Positions 48,615-60,610 are shown, counted from the first letter of the whole stretch. The stretch: 62,011 nt of DNA, filler included, from Sphacelaria rigidula (GCA_964200075.2; 8 parts of 8 records of this genome joined end to end with filler, not necessarily neighbours in it); one strand, 5' to 3'. Numbers and translations: made by a program. The notes: generated by a model from the letters alone, not told the origin.

Positions 48615-49489
48615 CTGAGCCGTTTCAGCATAAAACGCAGAAGGACCAGAATAGAGCACAGAAAACGTAAGTCGGGCAATCTTCGGCCATTACAATATGG
48701 CTTCAAGATGAATCATCTCTCGAGCCGGCTACCTCAAAGGTTGGCCGATCATTCTGGTAAAACACAGCCGGTCTTCTCTCCACTGTGGTATGCGCTAAGC
48801 GGAATGCATTCGGCGACATGTTGCATGCTGTTTCCTGCCGTAGCAATGCCTTGTAAAGTCGAACGTGCAGGAACTCCGAGTGGCAACGACGAAACATTCT
48901 CTCACTTCATCCCGTGGACTTTATGACCACCGCAATAGAGATATAAAATCAAATATACTACCCATCGGCTGCCTTCGAAAACCGTCGAGGAGGTGCAAAG
49001 CACTCACTCCCCGTCACCAAAAAAATCACTGCTACTGTACAACAAGCATCTACACGACAATTTCACATAAACACACACTTATCTAACTGTCACTAGTTCA
49101 CAAGTAGGGTGGCCTACGCAGCGCATATTTTCGAACAACATAACTCGTCTTCTGGGATGTACGTTGAGATGTTACATGCGCTGTTTGTGTTTGTTCTTCA
49201 CTAAGTTTAATGCCACGCCTGCCCCAAACGTGGAACAAAACATCGGCGGCACACTACACGGCGGTGCCATCCGGCGAGTACAGTAACCAATACCTCAAGC
49301 ATCGTCTGCAGAGAATGAAACCTAGGGACCGGGGATCGGTACACTACACCACGCTGCACTGCACAAGAAATACTCTACGTTAGACTGCAATACACTTTGC
49401 ATCACAATCGCATGGCCGCCCATATATTTTGTCAGTGTTGTTGGTGCCGCCGACTAGCCATGGAGTTGACAGTATACAGTATATCCCAC

Positions 49490-49595
49490 CTGATCTCCCT
49501 CCCCGTCCTGCATGACGATGTAAAACGACCCCTCTTTGTACACCGTGATGAAGACGAGCCCCCTGGCGTATGTCTTGCACGCTACCAACGCAATT
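49490..49595 (-). CDS. Internal exon of the unknown gene (IALVACKTYARGLVFITVYKEGSFYIVMQDGEGDQ)
   Basis: Branch-like CTGAC then GGTTAG|A, phase 2 in. Donor CAG|GTGGGA, phase 0 out. Confidence 0.6.
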
Positions 49596-50471
49596 CTAAC
49601 CGAAGACCCGTCAGAATGCAGCGTAGAAGATGGGGAACAACATTTTGCACGATAGGTGTAAGGCATTGGGTGCGGAGAGAACTGGTGGCAGGGCTAATCG
49701 TATTGTTCATGGGGTTGCGTCGTCTGGGAGTCGACAGGCACCGACTATGCCTCATCACGCCGGCCGTCGCACAGGAGATTGTATTCATCTACGACGACCA
49801 TCGTCGTCACAGTTGCGGCACCCCCCAAAAAATTGGCGTCAACGGCGAAACTCAGACAGTTGTATCCACTATCAAGTCGCTACGCCTCGCTGCTCACCCT
49901 CGGAGAAACCCAAGACACGTGTATGACTACACGTGAGGAGGTCAGACAATCGCGGCAGGTTACCTAACTCAAACCACTGTCAATGTTAGCGAGCCCGATG
50001 GCGTGTACATGTGCTTTAACGTAAGGTAGGGGTCATGTGGCGAGAAGTTGAGAATTTTGCAAGCGCATCAAAACCTTATATCAAGTCTCACCAGAATATG
50101 AATATTTTACATCTACTATTGTTGAGGTGACCCGTCCTTGCTGGCCATGTTTATTCCCTTTTGTCTTATGTCTTCTCTTTTCTTTTCTTTCCTTTTTCTT
50201 GGGTACGTTTTATTAGCAGATCTAAAGTATTTTTCTCCACTCCGATGAACTCGGGGAGAGCTTATTCCCATTCTGTTTTCTTGGCGTCTCTGTTCTTATT
50301 CTTTATTTGGTGTTCGTCTTGTTTGTTCGTTTTGTTTTTCGTTCTTTGTCTGAAGTCTCAGAAGAAATGATGAGAACTGTATGTCTTGTAAGAAGTAACA
50401 GGAACGGTATTGAAAATTCGAGCGTATGTCTGTGACAACAGGTCCGAGAGACCGGACTAATGTGCGAAAAA

Positions 50472-50600
50472 GATGATGATGACGTTGATGACGATGATGA
50501 CGATGATGATATTATTGATAATAATAATAATAACAATAATGATAGTGATAATCAATATTAAAAATAACAATAATGATGATAGTACTATTAATAATATTAC
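50472..50600. repeat. Degenerate (GAT)n/(AAT)n low-complexity tract
   Basis: Read directly. Confidence 0.85.
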
Positions 50601-50940
50601 AATTCAGGGACTGGTAAAGAGAAGGGGAAAGTCAATTCGTTTTCCCCACGTGTCACTCGTTTAAAAGTGAGAGATCTGGTTTCTCACGTGAAGTAAATCT
50701 GTTCAATAATGATAATCAAGAGTATATTTCTGTCTCACTCTTTGAGCATTACAGTATTCAGACGGGACCGTTGTCATAGTATCTCTTTTGGTGCACTACT
50801 GCGCCCTGCGGAATGACCAAAAAATACCCGAAAACAACATGCCATTTTCACAGAAATACATGTATCTACCGTTCAGAACTTCTCGTCTAGAACAGACAAG
50901 CTAGTCACAAAATACTACAGCTTTCCCCCGCTCCACTCAC

Positions 50941-51138
50941 TGTTGCATACAAGGCGAAAGCTCGGTCTGCAGCTCAAAGTAGGTGGACAACGACTTGTCA
51001 TCGTCGATCCAATGAAACACTTCGCTCCACTTAGCAAGCTCTTGATTTGTTTTTGAAGACGCCAACTCCTGCGCCACGAACTCCTGGGCCTCTGCGACGA
51101 TCTCCACCGGTTGTCGATATATCGAATCCAACGGCACC
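50941..51138 (-). CDS. Internal exon of the unknown gene (VPLDSIYRQPVEIVAEAQEFVAQELASSKTNQELAKWSEVFHWIDDDKSLSTYFELQTELSPCMQ)
   Basis: 198-bp open frame, acceptor CAACAAG|G, strong donor CA|GTGAGT, phase 2-2. Confidence 0.68.
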
Positions 51139-51462
51139 CTTGTTGTGTTTATGGGTGTCAAGGAGTAGAAGAATTGTGAGAAGTGTGGGTATGCATGGAA
51201 AAGATTAGGGTTAACCGTACTCCCAACCACAGGACATGTTCTTGACTGCGATATAAAGCATTGGACGTCTCACGTATACGCAGTAAGCGATACTTACCCG
51301 TCTGGGAAACGTGAATAATAATATGGCGTTGAGTTTGGCTAAAAATATATATATTAAGAATCCTTGCGCTATCACGTCAGTCTGTAAACAGGCACACGGG
51401 CACCGTGCCGTGATGCGCTACAACGACGCCTTCGGACTTGTGGCATAAAATGACGCACTGGA

Positions 51463-51730
51463 TGTTGTCCCCCCATCTGTTCTGGATGCCAATCTACACC
51501 CTTCATTATATGTGGGCGTATCAGCCGGGGTCACACAGTAGGGAGGTTAACACAGTATATTCTAATTTGTTGTTATTACTCCACCTTCCTGCTGCGGTGT
51601 TTGCCTCGCTCTTTATCGCGAGAAGGGCTCAACGGTCCGTTTCCCTCGTCGACCGTGAAGTCGAACTTGGTGCACTCACGACATGGTCGCTTCCCATTGT
51701 TGAGCATGATGTGACACAAAATCTCAGATC
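51463..51730 (-). mobile_element. SINE family A, old degenerate copy
   Basis: CAGCCGGGGTCACACAG...TTTATCGCGAGAAGGG...TTCCCTCGTCGACCGT. Confidence 0.8.
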
Positions 51731-52811
51731 GTACAAGCTGGTTCATGTTCCTCACCGAAAACACATTCATCGGCAAAGCTTCACGCCGTGTTCGGAGTTG
51801 GACGCTGATCATTTGTTTTCATGTACTTTGGGTCATCAGAATGTTTCGATCGACGAGGTTTTCCACTTTCTGATATCTTCACGTGTTTCCGAGGGTTCCA
51901 AGGTTCTCGGGAGGTTTTGCGCCCCCTGAGATCCTACAGAGCCGGCGACAAAATCACGAGGTGAAAAAACTCCGTCCATCGAAAGTTTATTCATGACCCA
52001 TAGTATTGTACATGCGTATACTTTCAGAGTATATCCCCCCGACAGGGCGTGAAGTTTTGCGCCTCTATGCGATGAAGTTTTCCGTACCCAGTGCAAACCC
52101 CTAACTACTTGATTCTAGAGTGGCAACGTCTTTTTCGGGTATGTTCGAAGTTGAAACGTAAAAAACGCATCAGGTTTTCGAGTTACGCAACGAACCTTTA
52201 TACATTCCTTGGACTACCCCGGGACGTAGACGTTTTTCCAGGCTTTCTGTATCGGCTTCAGGGGGTCTGGTCCCGGGAGGCGGTAAAGGGTGGAGAAAGC
52301 ATGACATAGTTTTCGATACATTTTTACATTGAGACCATCGATACCTACCGAACTGCCGAATTTGACGATGTTCGCAGCTTTTTTTCGACATATGTTAGGG
52401 AAACCAGTAGGAGGCTCTCTGGGTCTTTGGTGCCTGTCCTCAGGGGAAATCCGACGACACCAGAACCCATCACCACCAAAATACCACGTTGTTGGGTATA
52501 ATTTGGTCCCATTGTGTAACCGTTTTCAAATTTGTTTCCCCCGTTATATTCCCGAGCTGAGGGCGTGTCTTGGCACACTATTTTCGATCGAAAAAATGCT
52601 ACGGGAAAGGAAAAATGCAATCTGATAGGTGGTCGATTATGTCGACGTCAGTTGTGTTGACATGGGGACCTATCAGATCATAGTGTTCCCTTTCCACTTC
52701 ACCTACTCGATCGAAATATAATTTGTCAAGACACGGCCTGGTGATGGTCACTACGATTTGATGCACGTGGAGATTGGATACATAGTGGGTTGGGGATTCG
52801 TAATTTCAGTT

Positions 52812-53122
52812 TCCGCCGCGTTCTGATAGTCTCATTGTCCGAGCGTCACCATTATTATATTGTGGAAAGAACGACGGATCGAATCCTGATGCGTTGGGCT
52901 TTCTCTTGGAAGAATCTGACTTCCACCGTCGAAAGCATGACGTTAATAAACAAAGAGTAGGTATTTGGCTCAGTATGGTTGACGAGAGTTGACGCGGCGC
53001 GGAAGTACTGACACAATCCGCGAGACCAAAGTGCAAGGCGTGTATCGAGGAGAGATGGGTTGATCCCTTGACACCAAGAACTCGTCCCGAGGGAGGGGAG
53101 GGTCTCAAAGTGCGACAAAAAA
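52812..53122 (+). mobile_element. SINE family B, near full-length
   Basis: B-box-like GGATCGAATCC, core CAATCCGCGAGACCAAAGTGCAAGGCGTGTA, end AAAGTGCGACAAAAAA. Confidence 0.8.
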
Positions 53123-53553
53123 GTAAGTAGGTGAGTAATAAAACATATGAATCCACAAGATTTTGAAGGCCGCTGATAGGTCGAGGTACCTTTCACCCTT
53201 AGGATATGTCTTGGCACATGGGGCGGCCGTGTCTTAGCAGAACACTTTTCGATCGAAACTTTGCGGTGAAGAAGGAAAAGTTTAACCTGCCGGATAGGTC
53301 GTGATTTCAACTATCGTCATATGTCTTGAAGTAACGACCTATCATAGCGGAATATTTTTTTTCCACCGCACTTTTTTGGTGGAAAAAATGTTTTGCTTCG
53401 GATGTGTCTTCGTATAATATGAGCTTCCGATCAAGAGAGTGCGGTGGAAAATATAAATCCCGATCTGATAGGCCGTAACTGTAACCATCGCCGTTTATTT
53501 TGAAGATGGTTGAAATCACAACTTATCAGATCGGAATTTTCGCGTCCCACCGC

Positions 53554-53703
53554 CAGTGTTGTACATCGAATATCGATAATCGATATGATTTCGATGAATT
53601 ATCGGCGATATGCCATATCGGTGTCGGATAGTAGAAAACCGAGAAATGTGATATTTATCAATATCGAATATCAATATCGATTATCGATATTTTCGATATA
53701 TAG
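53554..53703. mobile_element. hAT-like MITE fragment with ATCGAT-rich subterminal repeats
   Basis: Starts CAGTGTTG followed by dense ATATCGAT/ATCGAA motifs. No right TIR seen. Confidence 0.45.
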
Positions 53704-54248
53704 TTTTTATTTTTCGTCACATTAGCTCAATTTCTCGAAAATGTCGTCACAGTAAACGCAGGGGGGTGGTATTTCCCGAACGGCAGATCCCCGGTCGACA
53801 ACCATTGCAGCCCCCCATTCCTCACTCCACAAGCTCCCCTTCACATTTGAGTTTGCACATGTTCGTTTTGATACCTTTTCCTTTTCCAATGAATGAGCAG
53901 AGTCGAGGTATGCGCTCATTCGATAGAAACACACGGAATGGTGACTGTAGAAATAAAGTATACCACACCCGGCCCGTTGTAATCAGCTATTATAATACAT
54001 CTTGCACGAAAACGAAAGATATTCGCAAGGCAGCTGTATCACCGCATGCCGCCGCTGCTATGATGTCAATTTGCACACTACCCGCTGCTGTACATCATGT
54101 GTCCACTGCTGTCCACAGGAAACTAGCGTAGGTTCCTTGAGATACCACACCATCAGGAGCTAATTTCAAAGCTCGATCACTTTCTGTCGACGACATGGTT
54201 GCAACGCCGCCCAGTTCAGCCCTGGCATCGCTTCTGGTGAGGAGTAAG

Positions 54249-54348
54249 NNNNNNNNNNNNNNNNNNNNNNNNNNNNNNNNNNNNNNNNNNNNTTAATTAA
54301 TTAANNNNNNNNNNNNNNNNNNNNNNNNNNNNNNNNNNNNNNNNNNNN
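54249..54348. other. Artificial scaffold spacer
   Basis: 44 N + TTAATTAATTAA + 44 N. Confidence 0.98.
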
Positions 54349-54958
54349 CGTGCTCCTTTACCGCTTACCTTGATGGTTGGACCATTGACCACGCATCCCT
54401 CATGAAGACACATCCAACATTCAGGCGCTGATTACGTTTCTTCCATACAAAAACGTTGACATATCTTATGCCCGTCCTGTTTCGCCTCCTGTGGCCAACA
54501 TCTATCTCCTAGTATAGCCATTGTTTTCTCCCTACTGTCTGATGCGTCAAACGAGTCCATGCCACCTTCGTTCACACCCCGCATTTCCGCCTCTAGCACG
54601 TCCCGTTCCTCCTTGTACAGTTCACATCCTGCCGCTATACGAGTCTTGCTCTCCATTGCTTTGCCACAGGCGCAGTTCTGTCCATCTACTTTCTCCGTCT
54701 TTCGACGACTGGAAAATCTCTTTCTTCTTTCTGGCAGGTCCAGGTCCCCCACCCGAAATCGCAGTTTCAATTTTGTCGCCGCGTCCACTGGGCCGTGCGA
54801 GTATGCTTTCACCTCTATCCCCTCTTTCAGTCCCTCGTATATCTCCAGGTGTTCTTCCTCGTCTACTTTGCGTCTGAGCGCTCCTTCTCCCCTTATATCT
54901 ATAACATCTCTTACCTTTGTCTTGTACCCCGCGCCTTCATCTATGGCCAGTTACGGGC
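54349..54958 (-). mobile_element. LINE 3' portion (post-RT region and 3' end)
   Basis: KLKLRFRVGDLDLPERRKR...CACGKAMESKTRIAAGCELY, a degenerate C-terminal zinc knuckle. Continuous with 57036 onward once the insertion is removed. Confidence 0.8.
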
Positions 54959-54960
54959 TA

Positions 54961-57033
54961 TAGGCGCGCCTGGCCCCCTAAAATGGGCAAAAAAAGTGTC
55001 ACCGACCAATGTCACGAACAGACACAAACATACCGACTCCTGGGGCTTATCCAGGCTCGTGAGATATAATGTGCCTTACGTCATCGGAAGAGAACGGCAT
55101 GAATCCAAATTCATATTGAGAAAAAGTGGACTGCATCCAAAAATCAGAATCCTACCGTTACTTCCGTTGTTGTTCCTCGTATATTACATGCCACTGGGTC
55201 GCTTTTCGTCTGAGCTTGCGATACCCTGGCATGCAAGGAGGCTGGTTGGGTTGAACCAAACCAACGCACACCGAGAACACTCCGGCAAGGGCGGTACCTA
55301 CATCCTCCGAAGAAAGTGAGGCCTTGGTAGACCCCAAATCGGCGCCTGTGGCACCGATTCAAACGAAAACGCGTTGTGCGCACCCGAGGAGCACACGGGA
55401 CCGTCAGCCCTACTAAAACTCCGATTTTCGTTGTACACACTCAAATCGAGCAATATCAACCATAAAAATTTGTAGCCCAACGCCGGGAAGTGAAACCAGG
55501 AAGCTGAACCATTTAGGGGGGGGATGAGGATCGAAATTGGGCCAAAATGATGTGCTCAACATGCGACAAAGCTACATGTACTGATGAACTTCAACCAGGA
55601 CGGCCCTTACACAGACGAGCGAAGTACAAATAGTCACCGGGTGTGTAATATGGGCTGGGTGGGTGTCGGCCCACCACCTCATGTTTCGAAGAGCTTGATT
55701 TATCGGCTGCCATCATTCCACTGCTTTTGTCGGATGAATGACTCACCATGTGCAAGTTTATTTGTTGTCCCGTAGGCATGGCTTTTCATTCCATGAATAT
55801 GATATTAAGTAACGTCTTGACCGCGACGGTTGGTCACATGCTGAATCGGCATCATTTTTCACTTGAACCGAGAATGCATGGTCCAGATGGACTGCCCTCG
55901 CGGTCTAGACTCCAAAGACATTGTGTTGCAAGAGGGAATGAAAACAAACGGTCGTGCGTTACGCACCAATGCCGATACAACAGATGCGTGCCTTTAACCG
56001 AGTGGGTCCTCTGAAAGACATGAATGAGGCTTCGGTTCCATGTGGCTTCAGCGAAAATGAGCCGACGACTTTATGCTGTCTCTTGTGTCGTCTTGACGCG
56101 GTATAGTTCACCATTCGGGAGGGTAAGATGGTTCATGTTGATCTTAGTGTGGAAATCGAAATCCGGATCTTTAGTGGGGGCTGTGCTGATAGCATGATCC
56201 TAGCGTGCCCAAAACGCGTTTTTGTCTGAATCGGCGCCCCAGGCGCCGATTTGAGGTCTGGCAACGCACCCTTTGCCCAGGGAACACGTTGCACCCCCCT
56301 TTCCCGGGGGTTCTCTGTATGCCTTCGTTTTGGTTAGGGTCAGGGCCGGTGTAATAATTTGTTCTCTCCGCTGCTGCGAGATCGCGAGGATGATTCTTGC
56401 TTCTGGGGGTTCGGTCGAAGGTTCAAATTCTACACCTGTCGAACATTTTACATATCCGATATTTCGAACATCTGTACTACCAAGAGTCATTCATGGGTGT
56501 CATCTACTCTGAGGCAGTTAGACAGTGGTGAGGTTTTCGCGTTTTGTGGAAATCGGCGAGGGTTGGAGGCGCGTGTTCGCGATCATAGCCCAATCTGTTT
56601 CAGAAAATACTCATCGCCGAGACCATCGATTGGGATGTGACTTTTTGCATCATCTGCGCCAAGACGACAGCTACAATTGGACCGGATATATATATTTTAT
56701 TTTATCAGGATGCGAGTTTTATAACGAATTAAGTTGAACAAAAAACATGAGTTTTTTTGGATTTTTCCGATCACGGTCACTTTCTGTGGTGAAACCATCG
56801 GGTCTGATTATAACTTGGACAAATACACGTCGGTGAGAAGCCGACCCACGCCGTGGTTCGTACTCCGGAACGAGAAAACTTCGAAACCGTGAAATGGAAT
56901 CCTTACTCAAATCGAAAGTATTTTGAGGGATTTTACGGCGTGCATAGTCAGGGGACGAACAAGATCTCCGGTCTGTTCGTGCTTTTGGTCGGTGACACTT
57001 TTTCGGCTCATTTTGGGGGGTCGGGCGCGCCCA
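54961..57033. mobile_element. 2073-bp non-coding TIR element inserted at a TA in the LINE
   Basis: About 63-bp imperfect TIRs (T[A/G]GGCGCGCC...AAAAAGTGTCACCGACCAA...CACGAACAGAC), TA on both sides (54959-60 and 57034-35), and a second pair of inverted arms at about 55253-55463 and 56128-56340. Confidence 0.85.
55815..55912. mobile_element. piggyBac-type MITE nested in the TIR element
   Basis: CTTGACCGCGA...TGAATCGGCATCATTTTTCACTTGA...CCCTCGCGGTCTAG. Confidence 0.7.
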
Positions 57034-57035
57034 TA

Positions 57036-60000
57036 AAAGTATTTCGTCTTAGTTTCCTTCTACCTCCTTTCATACTTTCTCGACTGCTCTATCTCACCTT
57101 AATCGTCCATCCTTTCGTATTTTCTTCCATACAGCCGTATCAACTATAGCTGGCAATCTCTTTTTTTGCATGTTCTTTACGCCATGTTGCCATCTCAATA
57201 TTTCTCATGTCTCTGTTTTATGTGAGGACTCTCCCAGCTCTGCTCTCCATGCTGTATTACCCGTCGTTTTTGAGCACCCAAATATTTTCTCAGCTGCTGC
57301 CATCTGTACTGTTTACAAGTTCTCCACCAAGTTGACGTCTAGGTGCGAGTCCCAGAGGATCACGTCCATCCTGCCTACCGGTGCCTCACCATTTACTAGT
57401 ACTTTTTCATGTTTGTATCTCAACAACAGTTTTTTTCATCACGATGTCAAGGTATGTATATTGGTCTGCGATCGGCGATTCCTCTTCTCCCTACTTCCAT
57501 TTGAAATCTACCGGATTTTCCTTATCTTCGTTACAGAGGAGTACCGCGCATTTATTATCGTTCGCTGTCACTCTCCATCTTCTATTGTATCCTAGAGCCC
57601 TGTCTTTGTGTTTCTGTAATCCTTCTGCTCTTCTTGAAATCCCCACAAAATCATCCGCGAACATCAATCCTGATACCATATCTTTACCCACCTTGACTCC
57701 TTGGTTTTCTGCTTATATTGCGATTGTCAGCTCATTAGTAAATACTTTGAATAGAATGGATGATGACGTATATCCTTGTGCTACTCCTCGTAAAATGTCA
57801 AAATATGTTGATATTTTCCTGTCGAGCATCATCGCACTTCTGGTACATTCTGTCATATTCTTCACTATTCTCCACATCTTTCCTCTGATCCCAGGTTCCC
57901 ACAACGTTTTCCACGACGCATTTCTCCATACTGTGTCATTAGCCTTCTGCACGTCCAGGAATAAACAGTACGTTGTCAGTCTGGTGTCTTCCCTACCCTA
58001 ATTAATCTTACCTAGTGTGTACACATGGTCTTCGCAACTACGGTTTGGTCCAAAACCTGCTTCCCTCGCTGATGTTCCCTTTGGTTTCTAGCATCGTTCC
58101 TACTCTATCGTTCAGAATTTTACAGAATGTTTTTCCTACCATGCTCAGTAGCGTTATCCTTCTAAAATTTCCTGGGTCAGCCTTGTCTTTTTTTTGCAAA
58201 GGTGACCGACTACTCCTTCTCTCCACGTCTTGGGTGTGTATTCGTTTTCCCAGATCCAGTTATACAGCACAACTTCCACGTTAATCATTCCATCTCCCCC
58301 GTACTCTATGAAAGCATTCACTATGTCGTCTTCCCCTGCTGCCTTTCTTGTTCTTGAGTTGAGCTACGCACTCCTTCACTTCATCTCTAGTAAACTCTCT
58401 CTGCAATTCTTCCGAGCCACTATCCTCCCGTTTTGGCGTCTCTACATGGCCTCTGCCCACGCGTTGATTTCTTTTTCGAAGTCCATGTCGGACTCCGTGG
58501 TTGTTTTTGGTGTTCCTAGTGTACCATAGTGCTTGACTAGCACTTCTCTCTTCCCTTCGTACTACTGACCATTCTCCCGTTCTGTGCCCGGAGTGTAGCT
58601 ATCCCCTTGTCTATATTTCTTGCCTGGTTTCCTGTTATCCTTCTTGTCCCTACCCACATTTGTTTTATCCCGCCAGCGAAATGCTCATTTGTTTTTTTCT
58701 CTACGTGTTCTCGTACTCCCTTCGTTTTTCTTCTGTACAACCCTTTTTACTTTCTTTCGAGCTTGAGTATTTTCCTCTCATCCTGCCGTAGTTTTTCTCA
58801 ATGTCAATCTCGCGTGAGCCTCTCTCCTTACTCTTGTAGCCTCTTTCACTTCCTCATCCCACCATTTCACTGCTCTTTTGCATACGATCAGCTTTTTCCC
58901 AATGACTCTACTCGCCGTGTTGTCGAGAAACTGTTCCCATCCTTCTATTACCTTCGCTCCTGCCCGATTCCTCTCAATTTCGATAGCAACTGTACCTACG
59001 CGTTCCAACAGCTCGGAAACGTCCACTGCATTCTTGGCTATCTTTTCTTCGAACTTTTGTTTGATTTCGTCAAACCTTATTCTAGGTAGCTAGCCTGTGA
59101 CCACGGAAGGCGTCCGCATCAGATGCCTAGTACGAATGTACCGCGCAGATATTGTCACGGTTTTCATGTGAAGAAAACAACAACAATATTGCCGATTTTC
59201 TTCCATTTCTAGTCTATCAATTCTCCATTTGTACAACTTCCCACCCCGCAGTAGGCAATGATCTGTAGTTCCCACGTCCTCGAGGCATGCATGCACTTCC
59301 ATTCCTTCACGTTTTCCATACTCTACCGCCATATAATCAAGAATGGAGCATTCCCTCTCGTCTTTGCATTTCGCAGTCCATGTCCATTGCGTCTCTGGCT
59401 TTCTTTCTCTACCGTTCAGTGTCATCTCCTTATGCTCATGAAAGTTCAGCATTTCCACCCCATTCGTGTTCTTCTTACCTTCCTTCGTGTTGCCCAATGA
59501 CGTCATCCGGTTGACCTGCGCTCGCTACCCTTGCAATTTAATCTCCCACCAACATCACTTCTCGCATTTTATACCTATGTATATCTGTTGATATCTCTCC
59601 AAACCTCCACTGTATCTCGTTCACCTTACTCTTCGATTGTGGGGGCATATAGATGTTCCCTACGAAGAACTCCTTCGTTTCTCGCTCTCCTGATACCCTT
59701 ATCTATATGCTCACGTCGAGTTTCATGTTGTCGATCACTTCTATACTGTCACACAGAGAATCCTACTCCCCCCGCTCCCCTGCTCTTGGGCTTCTGTCCC
59801 TTCCGCTTCATCCCTATTCATGCATACTCTCCAACTTTGCATCCTATTTCCGCCCCCTCCTTCTCCCATGTCTCTTTCTCCCATGTCTCTTGGATTTCCA
59901 CTCTATCTAGGTCTCGTTTACTTACTTGTTGCGCTATCTCCTCTCTTTTGCGCTTGTCTGTGGCGAATCCACACACGTTTCACGCTCCTAATCTGGACTT

Positions 60001-60310
60001 TCTTTCCGAATCATTATCTGCCCTCCTGTCGTCTACTGTTTTTCCCCCGTCACTTTTACTTCTACTTTCCTGTGCTTGATTATCCTTCCAGTTTCTGGAA
60101 CGGTCTTTGTCTGTTAGCTTCGGGCGGCTATGTCCCCTCTCCTCCCCTTCCCATTCTGGGCACTTATCTGTTCCTGCCTCTCTCCACCTCCGTTTACCCG
60201 TGCACCATGTCCTAGGTTTTTTGTTCCATGAGCTATGCACACTTTCCATCCTACTCTTTCAACACCTTACTTGTCTTTCTATCCTTTCCCACCCCTTGCT
60301 CGCGCTTTGT
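57036..60310 (-). mobile_element. Decayed LINE (APE endonuclease + reverse transcriptase pseudogene); 5' boundary approximate
   Basis: APE motifs GA*NVCGF, IQETW, GAGGVGF, ILDYM, TTDHCL. RT motifs DPGNFRRITLLSMVGKTF, QKANDTVWR, GVAQG..SS.LF.VF, LMFADDF. Many stops and frameshifts. Confidence 0.92.
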
Positions 60311-60444
60311 TCAGCGTGACTCGGAAGTGTTTCCCCTCTCTTTCTACTTTCGCTCTCGCGAAACAGTAAAGTCGAACTCCATTGCATTTCCTCTGAAATA
60401 CTATTCTGGTCATACCGCCATGAACTCTGAATACCAGCAGTATT

Positions 60445-60610
60445 TATTATTTCTATTTCTATTTCTATTTCTATTTCTATTTCTATTCTTATCCTTATTC
60501 TTATTCTTATTTTCATTTTCATTTTTATTTTCATTTTCATTTTTATTTTCATTTTTTTTTTTTTCATCATCATCATCATTATCATTATCATTATCATTAT
60601 CGTTATTTCA
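60445..60610. repeat. Compound microsatellite grading from (TTCTAT)n to (TTTTCA)n to (CAT)n/(TATCAT)n
   Basis: Read directly. Confidence 0.9.

Noticed and set aside
7666..54348. Regular 7.76-kb periodicity and the palindrome TTAATTAATTAA as a biological repeat
   Set aside because: Always embedded in exactly 44+44 N. It is a synthetic joiner between size-sorted scaffolds.
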